Source of the DNA: an uncultured Verrucomicrobiae bacterium
Lineage (GTDB): Bacteria > Verrucomicrobiota > Verrucomicrobiia > Chthoniobacterales > JAFAMB01
Direction: 5' to 3'
DNA: 64,000 bases
Assembly: GCA_963762565.1 (NCBI GenBank)
Contig: CAVXLD010000005.1
Location: 1-64,000, forward strand
Below are positions 10,072 through 20,596 of the stretch, in pieces. Position numbers and translations under genes: made by a program. A model generated the notes under the pieces. The model was not told the origin of the DNA, did not search any database, and saw only the letters and a list, made by a program, of their open reading frames with translations. Positions within the stretch are counted from its first letter, which is position 1. Each line of letters opens with the position of its first letter.

Positions 10072-10424
10072 AAAACCCAAAGAAGCGATTCTCTCCGCAT
10101 AAGAGAATAACCTCATATCGCGGGTTACCCTTTTATTCAAAATATTTGATTAAAAGGCGTTTTTGTCCCGGAGGGTACTGTGTGACGCCAAAGCCCGAGG
10201 TCTACGCGGGTGCTTTTCGGACTTGGCGCAGTACTCCCGCACTCCGCGTGGCCGGATTCGAGGACAGCCTGTCCGCCGTAGCCCACGGTCTATGTTGCCA
10301 ACCGCTCGAAGTCGGCCTCGCACTTGTCCTTCATAGCTTTAGCGACGGAGGAAGCGAGGCGCGCTCCACAACCAAGGAGTGGGCGAAGGCGGAAGAACGA
10401 GGACGAAACGCCTAGTCAGGGCTA

Positions 10425-10613
10425 TCAGTAATAGCGTGGGCGCCAACCTGGGAGCACGGAGTTTTGTCCGGTCCTTTGATATTCAGCTTCTCCTCCGTAA
10501 TAACCACCTTGTGACCGGTCATCTCGGCCCGTTGATTCGCTGTACGTAGTACAAGCAGATATCAAGAATACTACTCCGACCAACAGGAACACCCGTGCGA
10601 ATACAGTCTCCAC
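10425..10613 (-). CDS. Small putative lipoprotein
   Basis: Hydrophobic N-terminus ending in lipobox-like ISAC. Confidence 0.5.
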   Translation of the reverse strand: METVFARVFLLVGVVFLISACTTYSESTGRDDRSQGGYYGGEAEYQRTGQNSVLPGWRPRYY

Positions 10614-10762
10614 TGATCTCCTTAGCTACTTATCCTTTCACGCCTCCGCTCAGCGATCCTTTCAAAAAATATCAGAGAACTGCCAGGACTTCGGCGAGCT
10701 CAGTCGAATCGCCACTATCATTTAGTGCCTCCGGGACACCTCACGAGTGGCACCTGTCTGGT

Positions 10763-12139
10763 CTACGTCTTCAAGATCGGGTTATGCCAACCCTCGGCCG
10801 GCGAGACTTTTTGATCGACTTCGCTCGGCCCCCAAGTGTTTGGCTCGTACTCATAGACTGGTGTTTCCGTCGCCAAGACCGGATCAACGATTCGCCATGC
10901 CTCTTCTACGTAGTCTTCGCGAGCGAATAGCGTCGCGTCCCCCGCCATCGCGTCGCCTAAGACTCGTTCATATGCATCCATCTCGTCCTTGCCAGGGTGA
11001 TGACTCACTATCATCTCGACCGGCCGGCTGGTGTTATCGTCGTCGGCCGCGATTACGTTCACGCCAAAGGCCCCTACGACCTCGGGACTAATGCGAAATC
11101 GGAAATGGTTATTCACCAGATCGAATCCTTGGTACATGGTTGGCGGTTGACGAAGTGTCACCATTACTTCGGCACAAGTCACCGGGAGACATTTTCCTGC
11201 TCGAATGTAGAAGGGCACTCCTCTCCAGCGCCACGAATCGATCTCCAGTTGCAATGCCGCAAAAGTCTCTACTTGGGAGTTGGGTGCGACGCTATTTTCC
11301 TTCCGGTAGCCTTTAAACTGACCGCGGACCAAGTTCTTAGTTTCAAGCGGCGGAATCGCCTTTAAAACTTTTACCTTTTCATCCCGCACCGATTCGCTGT
11401 CGGTTCTTGCTGGCGGCTCCATTGTCAGGTTGGCCAGGACCTGAAACAGATGGTTCTGAATCACGTCACGGACAGCCCCGGTCTGATCATAGAAGGCGCC
11501 CCGGCCTTGAACTCCAAAATCTTCCGCCATCGTGATCTGCATACTTTCGATGTGGTTCCGATTCCAAAACGGCTCTAACAGCGCGTTGCCGAACCGGAGA
11601 AAGAGCAGGTTGTGGACAGGACTCTTCCCCAGGTAATGGTCGATACGGAAAATGGATTTCTCGTCGAACGCGCCGAGCAGAATTCGATTCAGATCCAGGG
11701 CTGAGGCCAGGTTGCGGCCAAAAGGTTTCTCAATAATAACTCGTGCGCCGTCGTGGCAGCCTGATTTTGCTAGTTGTTCAACGACTAAGCCGAACAGCAC
11801 CGGCGGAATAGCGAGGTAGTGCGCCGGCCGCTTCGCTGCGCCTAACTGTTCGCGAAGGGCTTTAAATGTCGCCGGGTCCTGATAGTCACCGTCCACATAG
11901 CGCAAGAGGCTGGATAGCTTCTCAAAGGCGGCGGTATCAATGCCTCCGTGCTTCTCAACGCTATCTCGCGCTCTGGCCTTGAGTTGTTCGAGGTTCCAAC
12001 CCGCTTTTGCTACACCGATGACCGGGACATTCAAGTGCCCGCGTTTAGTCATCGCTTGCAGGGCGGGAAAGATCTTCTTGTAAGCCAGATCTCCGGTAGC
12101 ACCGAAAAATACGAGGGCATCTGAATGAGAAGGAGTCAT
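10763..12139 (-). CDS. zwf: Glucose-6-phosphate 1-dehydrogenase
   Basis: [31 protein letters not shown] and [12 protein letters not shown] motifs; GGAGAG RBS before ATG 12139. Confidence 0.95.
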   Translation of the reverse strand: MTPSHSDALVFFGATGDLAYKKIFPALQAMTKRGHLNVPVIGVAKAGWNLEQLKARARDSVEKHGGIDTAAFEKLSSLLRYVDGDYQDPATFKALREQLGAAKRPAHYLAIPPVLFGLVVEQLAKSGCHDGARVIIEKPFGRNLASALDLNRILLGAFDEKSIFRIDHYLGKSPVHNLLFLRFGNALLEPFWNRNHIESMQITMAEDFGVQGRGAFYDQTGAVRDVIQNHLFQVLANLTMEPPARTDSESVRDEKVKVLKAIPPLETKNLVRGQFKGYRKENSVAPNSQVETFAALQLEIDSWRWRGVPFYIRAGKCLPVTCAEVMVTLRQPPTMYQGFDLVNNHFRFRISPEVVGAFGVNVIAADDDNTSRPVEMIVSHHPGKDEMDAYERVLGDAMAGDATLFAREDYVEEAWRIVDPVLATETPVYEYEPNTWGPSEVDQKVSPAEGWHNPILKT

Positions 12140-12506
12140 TTTTTTTGTTCTCTCCAAGCAGTTAGCGCGCCACCGCGCTTCTGTCTATCTAAGTGGCTTG
12201 TGACAAGCAATTTATGAGTTTTCTATTCTGGAAATGCTCAGTCCGAAATCTCGAACGGCCGGTCAGGTCACAGTCGCGCGTAAACCTTGACCTTCAACCC
12301 AAATTCACATTCCGTCTTTCCCCGTTCACAAGGCGCTTCGTTCTCGTCCTCGTCGTCGTCCTCGTCCTCGAATCCGGCCACGCGGAGTGATGGAGTGTGG
12401 GAGTGTTGGAGTACTGCGCCAAGTCCGAAAAGCACCCGCGTAGCGGGTTGGGGATACTTGAGGCGCGACGACGGCCCTGCGGTACGTTTTGTCGGGTGCA
12501 GACAAC

Positions 12507-12773
12507 TCACCGCTGAACGACTTGGTGCGGCAAGTAAGAAAGATATTCGACGCCATTTATACCCTGCTGTTCCTCTAGCGGTTTACCATGATTATCGGTG
12601 AGGACAAAATGCGGGATGCGAATCTCATCGGCGGTAATGCTCGCGCCGGAACGGCTCGTTGCGGCAATCGAAGCTGCGCCGGCCAGGGCGCAAAGCAACC
12701 CGATTAGAATACGATTTTGCCGCTCAAGACGGCGTAGACGGGCCTGGATTTCAGCCAACACTGCGGGGTTCAT
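12507..12773 (-). CDS. Hypothetical membrane-anchored protein
   Basis: 88 aa; short coiled coil (RLRRLERQNR) followed by a TM segment. Confidence 0.55.
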   Translation of the reverse strand: MNPAVLAEIQARLRRLERQNRILIGLLCALAGAASIAATSRSGASITADEIRIPHFVLTDNHGKPLEEQQGINGVEYLSYLPHQVVQR

Positions 12774-12899
12774 TGGTCAGACTAAGTAAGGTCAAACCGG
12801 GCAGCAACGAAAACCTCGGGCTAACGCTGGCTAATCAACAAATGACAAATGACAGATGACAAATGACAGATTGGTAGGCGTGCTGATCGAATCAGGTAT

Positions 12900-13196
12900 C
12901 TAGTGTCCTGTCCCATAAATAACGTGGCTTTCGTTGCGATCAAAATGGGCCGCCGGCAAGGCGGTCCGAGCCGGACTGGCGGTAAGAGGGCGCATATCTT
13001 GATCGATACGTAACCGACGAGCAACGCAGCCGCCGGCCCATTTTCATCGCAACCCTCCGGGCCGTGGCCAGTTGGCTGTTTTTCCGCGTTGCTCGCTCGA
13101 CCCGTATGAACCAGATATGGGCACTTCGCTCGCGCCTTGAAAAACAGCCAACTGACCGACGGCGAAAGCCACGTTATTTATGGGACAGGACACTAG
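12900..13196. mobile_element. MITE with perfect 34-bp terminal inverted repeats (CTAG ends)
   Basis: CTAGTGTCCTGTCCCATAAATAACGTGGCTTTCG at 12900-12933 and its exact reverse complement at 13163-13196; no credible ORF inside. Confidence 0.85.
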
Positions 13197-14359
13197 TGTG
13201 TTGAAAGATAAGTCAGTAACATTAGTGTTGTAATCAGTGTAGGCAAGCTGTAATAATGGGAGGATGGCGAAGGGACGACCGGTTAAACCAATTAGACTAA
13301 GCAAAGAGCAGGAAGAGAAACTGAGGTTAATCGAGCGGCGGCCTAGTAGTCAGCAGAGTTTGGCGCTGCGAGCCAAAGTGATATTGGAATGTGCTCAAGG
13401 CAAAAGCAATCTGGAGGTAGCCAAAGAATTAGGCGTTTGTCAGCACATGGTGGGGAAATGGAGGCGGCGCTTTATTGAGCAGTCCTTGGAAGGCTTAGTC
13501 GATGCGCCCCGTAGCGGAGCGCCACGAGAGATCTCCGATGAGAAAGTAGAAGAAGTGGTGACAAAGACATTGGAGACTACGCCCGCTGCTAGAACCCATT
13601 GGAGCAGTTGGCTCATGGCTAAGGAAGCCGGCATTTCCCAAGACTCGGTTCGACGGATCTGGCAAGCCTTCGGTTTAAAGCCGCACTTAGTAAAGAGCTT
13701 CAAACTCAGCACCGATCCGATGTTTGTCGAAAAGGTACGCGACATCGTGGGCTTATATTTATATCCGCCGCAGAAGGCCATCGTGCTGTGTGTCGATGAA
13801 AAGAGTCAAACCCAAGCTCTAGAAAGAACCCAGCTGATCTTGCCGATGAAGCCGGGCTACCCAGAGCGCCAGAGCCACGACTATTATCGTCACGGGGTGG
13901 TTTCACTCTTTAGCGCTTACGAGGTAGCGACCGGTCGAGTCATTGGCAAATGCCACAGTCGTCATCGTGAAGAGGAATTCTTGAAATTTATGCAACTCAT
14001 CGATACCAAATTCCCCGGCTCGGCTCCCATTCACCTGGTGCTGGATAATTTGGCCACTCACAAGACGCCCCGAGTGCGCAACTGGTTTGCCCGCCGACCT
14101 CGATACGTTTTGCATTTTACCCCTACGGGCAGCTCCTGGATTAATCAGGTCGAACGCTGGTTTGCCAAAATCACTACTCAAGCCATTCGCCGTGGCAATT
14201 TCCGTTCCGTTAAACATCTCATCCAAGCCATCGACGACTATATCGCCCAGCACAACCAGGACCCAAAACCCTTCCAGTGGACCGCCACACCCGAGAGCAT
14301 CTTCGCCAATCTAGAAGCCTCCCTAACTTAATGTTACTGACTTATCTTTCAGCACACTA
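13194..14359 (+). mobile_element. IS630-family insertion sequence
   Basis: Terminal IRs TAGTGTG(T/C)TGAAAGATAAGTCAGTAACATTA with one mismatch; TA at both ends (13194-95, 14358-59) within CTAG. Confidence 0.95.
13264..14331 (+). CDS. IS630-family transposase
   Basis: N-terminal HTH; DDE motifs CVDEKS, VLDNLATHK and SSWINQVERWF. Confidence 0.95.
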   Translation: MAKGRPVKPIRLSKEQEEKLRLIERRPSSQQSLALRAKVILECAQGKSNLEVAKELGVCQHMVGKWRRRFIEQSLEGLVDAPRSGAPREISDEKVEEVVTKTLETTPAARTHWSSWLMAKEAGISQDSVRRIWQAFGLKPHLVKSFKLSTDPMFVEKVRDIVGLYLYPPQKAIVLCVDEKSQTQALERTQLILPMKPGYPERQSHDYYRHGVVSLFSAYEVATGRVIGKCHSRHREEEFLKFMQLIDTKFPGSAPIHLVLDNLATHKTPRVRNWFARRPRYVLHFTPTGSSWINQVERWFAKITTQAIRRGNFRSVKHLIQAIDDYIAQHNQDPKPFQWTATPESIFANLEASLT

Positions 14360-14414
14360 GGGCGTGACAAAGATAACGTGCATCTGATAAAAACCGCCTA
14401 AGCACACGCAAGCT

Positions 14415-14726
14415 ATGAGAGAGCTCGGCAACGTTCCACGAATAAGGAGCACGCCTCTTCGCTCAAATCTGAAGATCTTGTTGGTAGTTGGTGTATTGAT
14501 CTGCTGGCAACTTGCTGCCATTGCTCAGGCCCCAGGTTGGACATCGCAGCAGTATTATGATGCGAGGCACAAGGCGTGGTGGGTCCAAGTAAGTAGTACT
14601 CTTCCCCAATCATTCACCATGACGGTTACTTGGCACGGTAACAGAGGGTATGGCGGAGCAGTGAGAGGAACCTTTGTGCTGCTGGTTCCGCCTTATCCAG
14701 GCTTCGGAGCTCCGGTCACTGCGTAG
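14415..14726 (+). CDS. Hypothetical exported protein
   Basis: 103 aa with a hydrophobic signal-like segment. Confidence 0.4.
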   Translation: MRELGNVPRIRSTPLRSNLKILLVVGVLICWQLAAIAQAPGWTSQQYYDARHKAWWVQVSSTLPQSFTMTVTWHGNRGYGGAVRGTFVLLVPPYPGFGAPVTA

Positions 14727-15027
14727 AGAGGCATACCCGGAGTTCACAATTTCGGTTACACGACCGTACCGAATTGAAGATCGAATTCGCAGCGCCGAGT
14801 CGGCGTTGCGAACAATTCTCCACAAAATCAATTCCACATCACGCGACCGGATTCGAGAACAGCTTGTCCGCCGTAGCCCATTCTCTATATCGCCACCCGC
14901 GCAACGTCGGCCTCGCACTTGTCCTTCATAGCTTTAGCGACGGAGGAAGCGAGGCGCGCTCCACGACAAGGCGTCGGCGAAGGCGGAAGGACGAGGACGA
15001 GGACGAGGACGAGTACGAAGGGTCCAC

Positions 15028-15705
15028 TTACCACACTCCGGGGACAAGCCGATAGCGTACCCGAGTAGCGTATTCGTTGTAACCCTGTAGTTCTTTTCTG
15101 AGGGTGCCCTCTTCGATCAGAACCCGAAGCACGAATAGACCCAGCAGGCCGCATCCCCAGAGAAGTCCCCACCAGGATCCAAGAAGCAGGGGAGCGCCGG
15201 GTAAATAAAAGAGCATGCCGGCATACATCGGATGGCGAACATAACGGTACGGACCAGTGGAAATGACGGTTTGGTCCCGTTCCTTTTGGACCTTTACTAC
15301 CAGCGCCGCAAACGTGTTTTCCCGAAGCGTCAGATAACCGATATAAGAAGCAACCAATACACCCAGAGCGCCTGGGATCTGGAGCCAGGCAGGAACCGAA
15401 GACCATTTGAAGCAAACGGCATCGAGCGCCATAAACACGAACCAAGCGAAAAAAAGCGATACGAGCAGCCCGGTCACCATCTTGTCTTGGGTTGATTGTT
15501 CTTTCTGGATCGGGGAACGCAACCGTTCCTTAAGCAACTCCGGATCATATTTGGCCAGCCAGATCCCCAAAACGATGCTGATCACAGCGGTTTCGATGAG
15601 AAAGATCCAACCACCTGTCCAGCTAAGGGTACCGGCTGGAACGAACAACAAAATGGCGATAACTACTAACCACACTACGGTTCGAACGAGGGATTTCGTC
15701 AGCAT
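15028..15705 (-). CDS. Isoprenylcysteine carboxyl methyltransferase (ICMT/PEMT) family membrane protein
   Basis: VISTGPYRYVRHPMYAG, EEGTL and YATRVRYRLVPGVW motifs. Confidence 0.9.
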   Translation of the reverse strand: MLTKSLVRTVVWLVVIAILLFVPAGTLSWTGGWIFLIETAVISIVLGIWLAKYDPELLKERLRSPIQKEQSTQDKMVTGLLVSLFFAWFVFMALDAVCFKWSSVPAWLQIPGALGVLVASYIGYLTLRENTFAALVVKVQKERDQTVISTGPYRYVRHPMYAGMLFYLPGAPLLLGSWWGLLWGCGLLGLFVLRVLIEEGTLRKELQGYNEYATRVRYRLVPGVW

Positions 15706-15845
15706 AAATTCAATTCCGTGACCGGTTAGGCGCCCCGAAACGGGATGCCGTTTTCGACAAAACCCGGTCGTTTTAAAGGCACTTATTTTAGAGAGCTATT
15801 TCAGTTAGTTATCTAAATGGAAACCAAGTGAAAAACGCTTGTTAT

Positions 15846-15887
15846 TAGACCACTGGCCTACTATATAGACCAGTGGTCTATTGTCAA
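15846..15887. promoter_or_regulatory. Tandem palindromic TetR-type operators overlapping a leftward sigma70-like promoter
   Basis: TAGACCACTGGCCTA (15846-60) and TAGACCAGTGGTCTA (15866-80). Minus strand reads TTGACA-N16-TATAGT toward the ICMT gene. Confidence 0.7.
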
Positions 15888-15988
15888 GATCCACCCAGCC
15901 TTGCCCGACGTAGCCTCCGTTTAGGACGCCGGTGCGAAGTCATCACGCCGATACGCCGATACGCCCATACGCCGACACGCACAGACGC

Positions 15989-16687
15989 ATGCCCCGAGTA
16001 ATCAAACATCCCGATGTACGACGATCCGAAATTCTGGACCAGGCGTTGGCGTTGTTTCTTTCACACGGTTATGACCACATCAGTCTCAATGATATCATTG
16101 CCCAGGCCGGCATCTCGAAAGGCGTTTTCTATCACTACTTCCTATCAAAGGAAGCGCTTCTGGTTGCGTTATCGGATCGCTTCTCTCGGCAAATGCTGGC
16201 TGATCTCGACGATGTCCTCAAAAATCGTGAACTGAATCCTTTGGAGCGCCTGAATGCCTTTCTGGCAAAAGGCACGCGGATCAAAACTGAGTTAGCACCT
16301 GGCGCCTGGGCTGTTTTCGGCGCGCTCTTTCGACCAGAGAACCAGTTGCTGTATCAACGCATTGTTGCCGCTTCGGAATTGTTGTTCCGACCGGTTCTGA
16401 CCGAAATCATTACCCAGGGTGTCAAAAAACATATTTTCGATACGACCGATCCGGAGGGAGTGGGTGACATGCTCCAACAGCTGGCCGCAAATACGCACCC
16501 TTTCGTTACCCAGATGATCGGGGCCGCCACGCAGAAGGAGAGGCAAGAGGGGCTTAGGGCTTTTCACAGACGTTTGCGGCTCAATGGAATCGCCATCGAC
16601 AGACTGCTGGGCTTGGCCGATGGGACCCTCTATGTGCCCAGCCTTCGGGACGTAAAGAAACTCATGGCCAAACTGTGCTCGGCTTAG
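15989..16687 (+). CDS. TetR/AcrR family regulator
   Basis: N-terminal HTH ...SLNDIIAQAGISKGVFYHYFLSKEALL; divergent from the ICMT gene. Confidence 0.92.
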   Translation: MPRVIKHPDVRRSEILDQALALFLSHGYDHISLNDIIAQAGISKGVFYHYFLSKEALLVALSDRFSRQMLADLDDVLKNRELNPLERLNAFLAKGTRIKTELAPGAWAVFGALFRPENQLLYQRIVAASELLFRPVLTEIITQGVKKHIFDTTDPEGVGDMLQQLAANTHPFVTQMIGAATQKERQEGLRAFHRRLRLNGIAIDRLLGLADGTLYVPSLRDVKKLMAKLCSA

Positions 16688-16994
16688 CCTCGCACTGTGA
16701 GACGTGAGAAGTGAGAAGTGATTGGTGACGCTCGTGCTTAGTCCACGAGGAGACAGTTTGCGTCCGACGCGTAAGTTCTAGCTACCCATAGAGCGTATCG
16801 CGCCGTAGGCTTGGCGAAGGTGGATCCTATCCGTCGCCCGCTCTCAGGCTCTCGCATAACAGTCGACATTTCATCACCCAGCGCCAAATCACTTCTCACC
16901 TCTCACCGATCACCTCTCACTTCTCACAGTGCGAGGCTAAGCCGAGCACAGGAAAGCTTGCCAACAGACAGGGGCTGAGGTTAAGATTAGACAA

Positions 16995-17597
16995 ATGTCT
17001 AATCTTGTGGCGATTGAAAACAATGTCGATTTGCTGCCCTTCTTCAAAGCGCTTGCCGACGAAACGCGATTGAAGATGGCAGGTCTGCTGGCCTCCGAGC
17101 CCCGCTCTGGGGAGGAGCTTGCGGTGCTGCTGAGCATTAAGCCGGCGACGGTCTCGCACCATTTGGCGAAGCTTGCCGATGCCGGACTAGTGACCTCCAC
17201 CTCGGAGGGGCACAAAAAGTTTTATCGGCTACGTCTCGATGCGGTGCGCGCCACGGCGCAACAACTGCAGAGCAAAGACCACGGACTTCTGTTACCGGAA
17301 GACGCTGATACCAACAAATTTTACCCGAACCGCGTTCCCTACGACGAGTACGATCGCAAGGTGCTCAAGGATTTTTTCAACAGTGACGGTTCGCTGCGGC
17401 AGCTTCCGATGCAGCGGAAGAAGTTTCTGGTCGTGCTCAAGCACATCGTCAAGGATATCGAACCTCACCGCGAATACACCGAGAAAGAGATTAACGCTCT
17501 GTTGAAGCGCCGCCACCCAGACACGGCCAGCCTGCGCAGAGGCATGATCGACTTTCGTTTGATGGAACGCAAATCGGGCGTGTATTGGTGCGTGTAA
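16995..17597 (+). CDS. ArsR/SmtB regulator with C-terminal DUF2087-like domain
   Basis: FKALADETRL...PATVSHHLAKL; C-terminal YTEKEIN...HPDTASLRRGMID. Confidence 0.85.
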   Translation: MSNLVAIENNVDLLPFFKALADETRLKMAGLLASEPRSGEELAVLLSIKPATVSHHLAKLADAGLVTSTSEGHKKFYRLRLDAVRATAQQLQSKDHGLLLPEDADTNKFYPNRVPYDEYDRKVLKDFFNSDGSLRQLPMQRKKFLVVLKHIVKDIEPHREYTEKEINALLKRRHPDTASLRRGMIDFRLMERKSGVYWCV

Positions 17598-17680
17598 GCA
17601 TGCACACGGTTCGCGGTTGGCAGTTTGCGGTTCACCGTTCACCGTTTGTCGTGTTCGCTCGAGCTTAGCGAAGGCGATTC

Positions 17681-18244
17681 TTAGATGACACCCGGAATCA
17701 GGGCCTTTACTCGTTTCTGATACTCCTGATACGCGTGTCCAAGATTGGCTGTTAACAGCCGTTCTTCTGCAGCCATTTTGAATATTAACGCAACCAGCAG
17801 AACTGCCCAACCGCACACGCTTTGGAGGGTTCCGATCGTCATAACGGTTCCGGCCATGCTAAGCAGAAGGCCGGTGTAGATGGGGTGACGCACTAAACGG
17901 TAGGGTCCTGACTCGATTACCTGATGTCCCTCTTTCAGTGTGACCCTTGCGCTCCAATACCGGCCCAGATGTCGACGGGCCCAAATGGCGAACCAAAAGC
18001 CGCAAATGACCACGATCACCCCAACGCATAGGACGGGAACTGTGACTGGCCAGAGCTGGCTCTTTATTCGCCTGAGACCGAAGATGAGAAAAATACCGAC
18101 AAGAGTTGCGCCCCGGTAAAGAGCCCCAGTCAGAAGCGATTCGGATTTTTGGGTGGGGGCGGTGTTCCGGGCTTCAATGAGCCAGTAAGCAAGCCACAAG
18201 AGCCACAAAGCCGGTATGGTCCATTCGAGAATTCGGTGAAGCAT
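17681..18244 (-). CDS. ICMT-family membrane methyltransferase
   Basis: WARRHLGRYWS, GPYRLVRHPIYTG and EERLL motifs. Confidence 0.88.
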   Translation of the reverse strand: MLHRILEWTIPALWLLWLAYWLIEARNTAPTQKSESLLTGALYRGATLVGIFLIFGLRRIKSQLWPVTVPVLCVGVIVVICGFWFAIWARRHLGRYWSARVTLKEGHQVIESGPYRLVRHPIYTGLLLSMAGTVMTIGTLQSVCGWAVLLVALIFKMAAEERLLTANLGHAYQEYQKRVKALIPGVI

Positions 18245-18518
18245 CCTGTACCCAAATATACGCCTGCACGGTAAGACCGCGAGGCGACGCGGCCCGAACG
18301 AAAAGAGGTGATTGGTGATTGGTGAATTGTGATTGGTAGGTCCGTAGGACTACCCACGAGCGATTTTGTATTTCCCGGTTCTTTTTGCGTTCTTTCGCGG
18401 CTATTCCATTTCTTATCTTCCCTTTGCGCCTTTGCGGGACGAACGCACCAATCACGATTCACCAATCACCAATCACCTCTTCGCGGCTTTGCGTCTTTGC
18501 GTGAGATATTTCTCCCGG

Positions 18519-18932
18519 CTATCCGCCTTTGATGTACCCCATGGCTTCTACGATGAGGCCGTCGCGGACCCGCATCAGGTTAACTCCGCGCGTCGACCGG
18601 CCTTCACTCGACCAATAGCACCAGCGGATGATGGCGCGGTCGCCGGCTGCGAAGGTTTCCTCGAGATCAAAGTGCGCTCCAGGCTCGGTAGCGATGGCCT
18701 TCCAATTTTCAATGCAAGCGTCACGTCCGATCCAGCGATCGCCATCGGGCCCCGGTGTAATCTTCTCGATCACACAGTTTTCGGCTATGAGGTTGTTTAA
18801 CTCCGAGGGATCATGACGCTGAAACACGTCGTTGAATCGTCTCATAATTTCTGCTGTCTCTCTGGATTTCTCATCGGGAAGGTTCTCGATGGCTGACTCT
18901 AAAGTACGGGCTCCAAGTTCGTGGTTATTCAT
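18519..18932 (-). CDS. SnoaL-like / NTF2-fold protein
   Basis: RFNDVFQRHD, GDRAIIRW and RGVNLMRVRDGLIVE motifs. Confidence 0.85.
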   Translation of the reverse strand: MNNHELGARTLESAIENLPDEKSRETAEIMRRFNDVFQRHDPSELNNLIAENCVIEKITPGPDGDRWIGRDACIENWKAIATEPGAHFDLEETFAAGDRAIIRWCYWSSEGRSTRGVNLMRVRDGLIVEAMGYIKGG

Positions 18933-19147
18933 TTAGTACTGATCTTCTATTTCGTTGCTTGGGGATTGATCCCGATTTGTTTCGGGATTAGGACCGCAGC
19001 GAGATTAGAGCGACCAACTGACAGCCTTATGTCAGCAGAAAAAGGAATAGGTTGCGTGGTTGTTCTTGAACGCAATTGACTCCTCATTTGCGAACACAAA
19101 GGAACCGCGTCACGTTCCGGCTGCATTTGGGCAGAAGCTTTTAATCA

Positions 19148-19921
19148 ATGAACGCGACCACCCAAGACATGAAAGGAGCTCTTAGCAAGGTTCCTGAGGT
19201 CACCCTGGTATTTTGGATCATTAAGATCGCTGCAACAACGCTCGGAGAAACGGGCGGGGATTCCGTCACGATGACTTTCAATTGGGGTTATCTCGCCGGG
19301 ACCTTGCTTTTCTTGGGTTTCCTGGTGGTGCTGGTGATTGCCCAAATCTTAGCGAAGAAATTTAACCCGTTCCTTTATTGGGCCACGATCGTTGCGTCCA
19401 CGACCTTCGGCACTACGATGGCGGATTTCGCCGATCGATCGCTGGGGATCGGCTATGCCGGGGGAAGCGCGTTGCTTCTGGTGTGTCTGCTGGTGGCGCT
19501 CGGTGTTTGGCATTTTTCGGAGGGGACTATCTCGGTTAACACCGTGTCCACACCCAGGGTCGAATGCTTCTATTGGGCGGCGATCACTTTCTCGCAGACG
19601 CTGGGCACGGCGCTCGGTGATTGGATGGCCGACACCGGAGTCGGCTATGAAGGAGGTGCGCTGGTTTTCGCGGCCGGTCTCGCCATCGTCGGCGGGCTCT
19701 ATTTGTGGACCAACGTCTCGCGCGTTTTCCTCTTCTGGACTGCATTCATTCTCACGCGGCCGTTCGGTGCAACCGTCGGCGACTTTCTAGATAAGCCGGT
19801 CACTGCCGGCGGCCTGAACTTCAGCCGGCCACTCGCTTCTGCGATCATTGCGGCTTTCATCATTGTGTGCCTATTCGTCCTGCCACAACGAGCGGGAAGA
19901 CATCCAGGAGTAGCGGAGTAG
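19148..19921 (+). CDS. COG4705/DUF347 repeat membrane protein
   Basis: SKVPEVTLVFWIIKIAATTLGETGGD and LTRPFGATVGD motifs. Confidence 0.88.
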   Translation: MNATTQDMKGALSKVPEVTLVFWIIKIAATTLGETGGDSVTMTFNWGYLAGTLLFLGFLVVLVIAQILAKKFNPFLYWATIVASTTFGTTMADFADRSLGIGYAGGSALLLVCLLVALGVWHFSEGTISVNTVSTPRVECFYWAAITFSQTLGTALGDWMADTGVGYEGGALVFAAGLAIVGGLYLWTNVSRVFLFWTAFILTRPFGATVGDFLDKPVTAGGLNFSRPLASAIIAAFIIVCLFVLPQRAGRHPGVAE

Positions 19922-20302
19922 TTCAGCGTGGGCCAGATACGAAATTGCGAGGAAATTCTTATTCGAAATCAGTGCGCATGATACGGGAGTTGTTCCTTTT
20001 GACAGTTTTCGTATAGGCAACAAGAAGGCGCGAGACTTCCTCAAGAATCGGCTCTAGCGCAGTACAGTCGCCCGTGCAAACGGTCATTAGGCGCAAGCAC
20101 GGAGAAGGCGGCTAAGAAGTTTGCACAACAATGCCGCAAAGATTTTTCTAAGGGAAAGTGACAGAGAACCGAAGGTCTGATTTCCGGGCGGCGTGCGGCT
20201 ACACATTCTGAACTCCTGCAACTCCTGAACTCGTTGAACTCCTCCTCCCTCGTGAACTCCTTCCCCTTGCGTGCCGTCGTTCGAGGGACGAGCTTACGCA
20301 AT

Positions 20303-20596
20303 ATGAATGCGCCACTAGGTTACGCGCTTCTTCGCGACCGGCGTGTCTCTGCTCGGGCAAAGTTTATGGCTTTGGGCGCAGGATTGGCTGTCATGGGGAT
20401 CATTCAGCTTCTCCAGGTCCCGTTCGAAAGCGTGCTTGCGTTTGTGCTGCCGGGTGTTGGGGCGGCCGGGGACGTAGCGCTTGATGGGGTGGAAGCTGTC
20501 GTCTTGCCGGTCCTGGTAGCGACCTTATTGATGCCTTATCTGGCTCCGCAAAGCATCGTTCAGGAACTGCGAGCAGCGCACGCGACGAGGGTGTAA
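20303..20596 (+). CDS. Hypothetical membrane protein (DUF1232-like N-terminus)
   Basis: LLRDRRVSARAK followed by hydrophobic helices; start uncertain. Confidence 0.5.
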   Translation: MNAPLGYALLRDRRVSARAKFMALGAGLAVMGIIQLLQVPFESVLAFVLPGVGAAGDVALDGVEAVVLPVLVATLLMPYLAPQSIVQELRAAHATRV

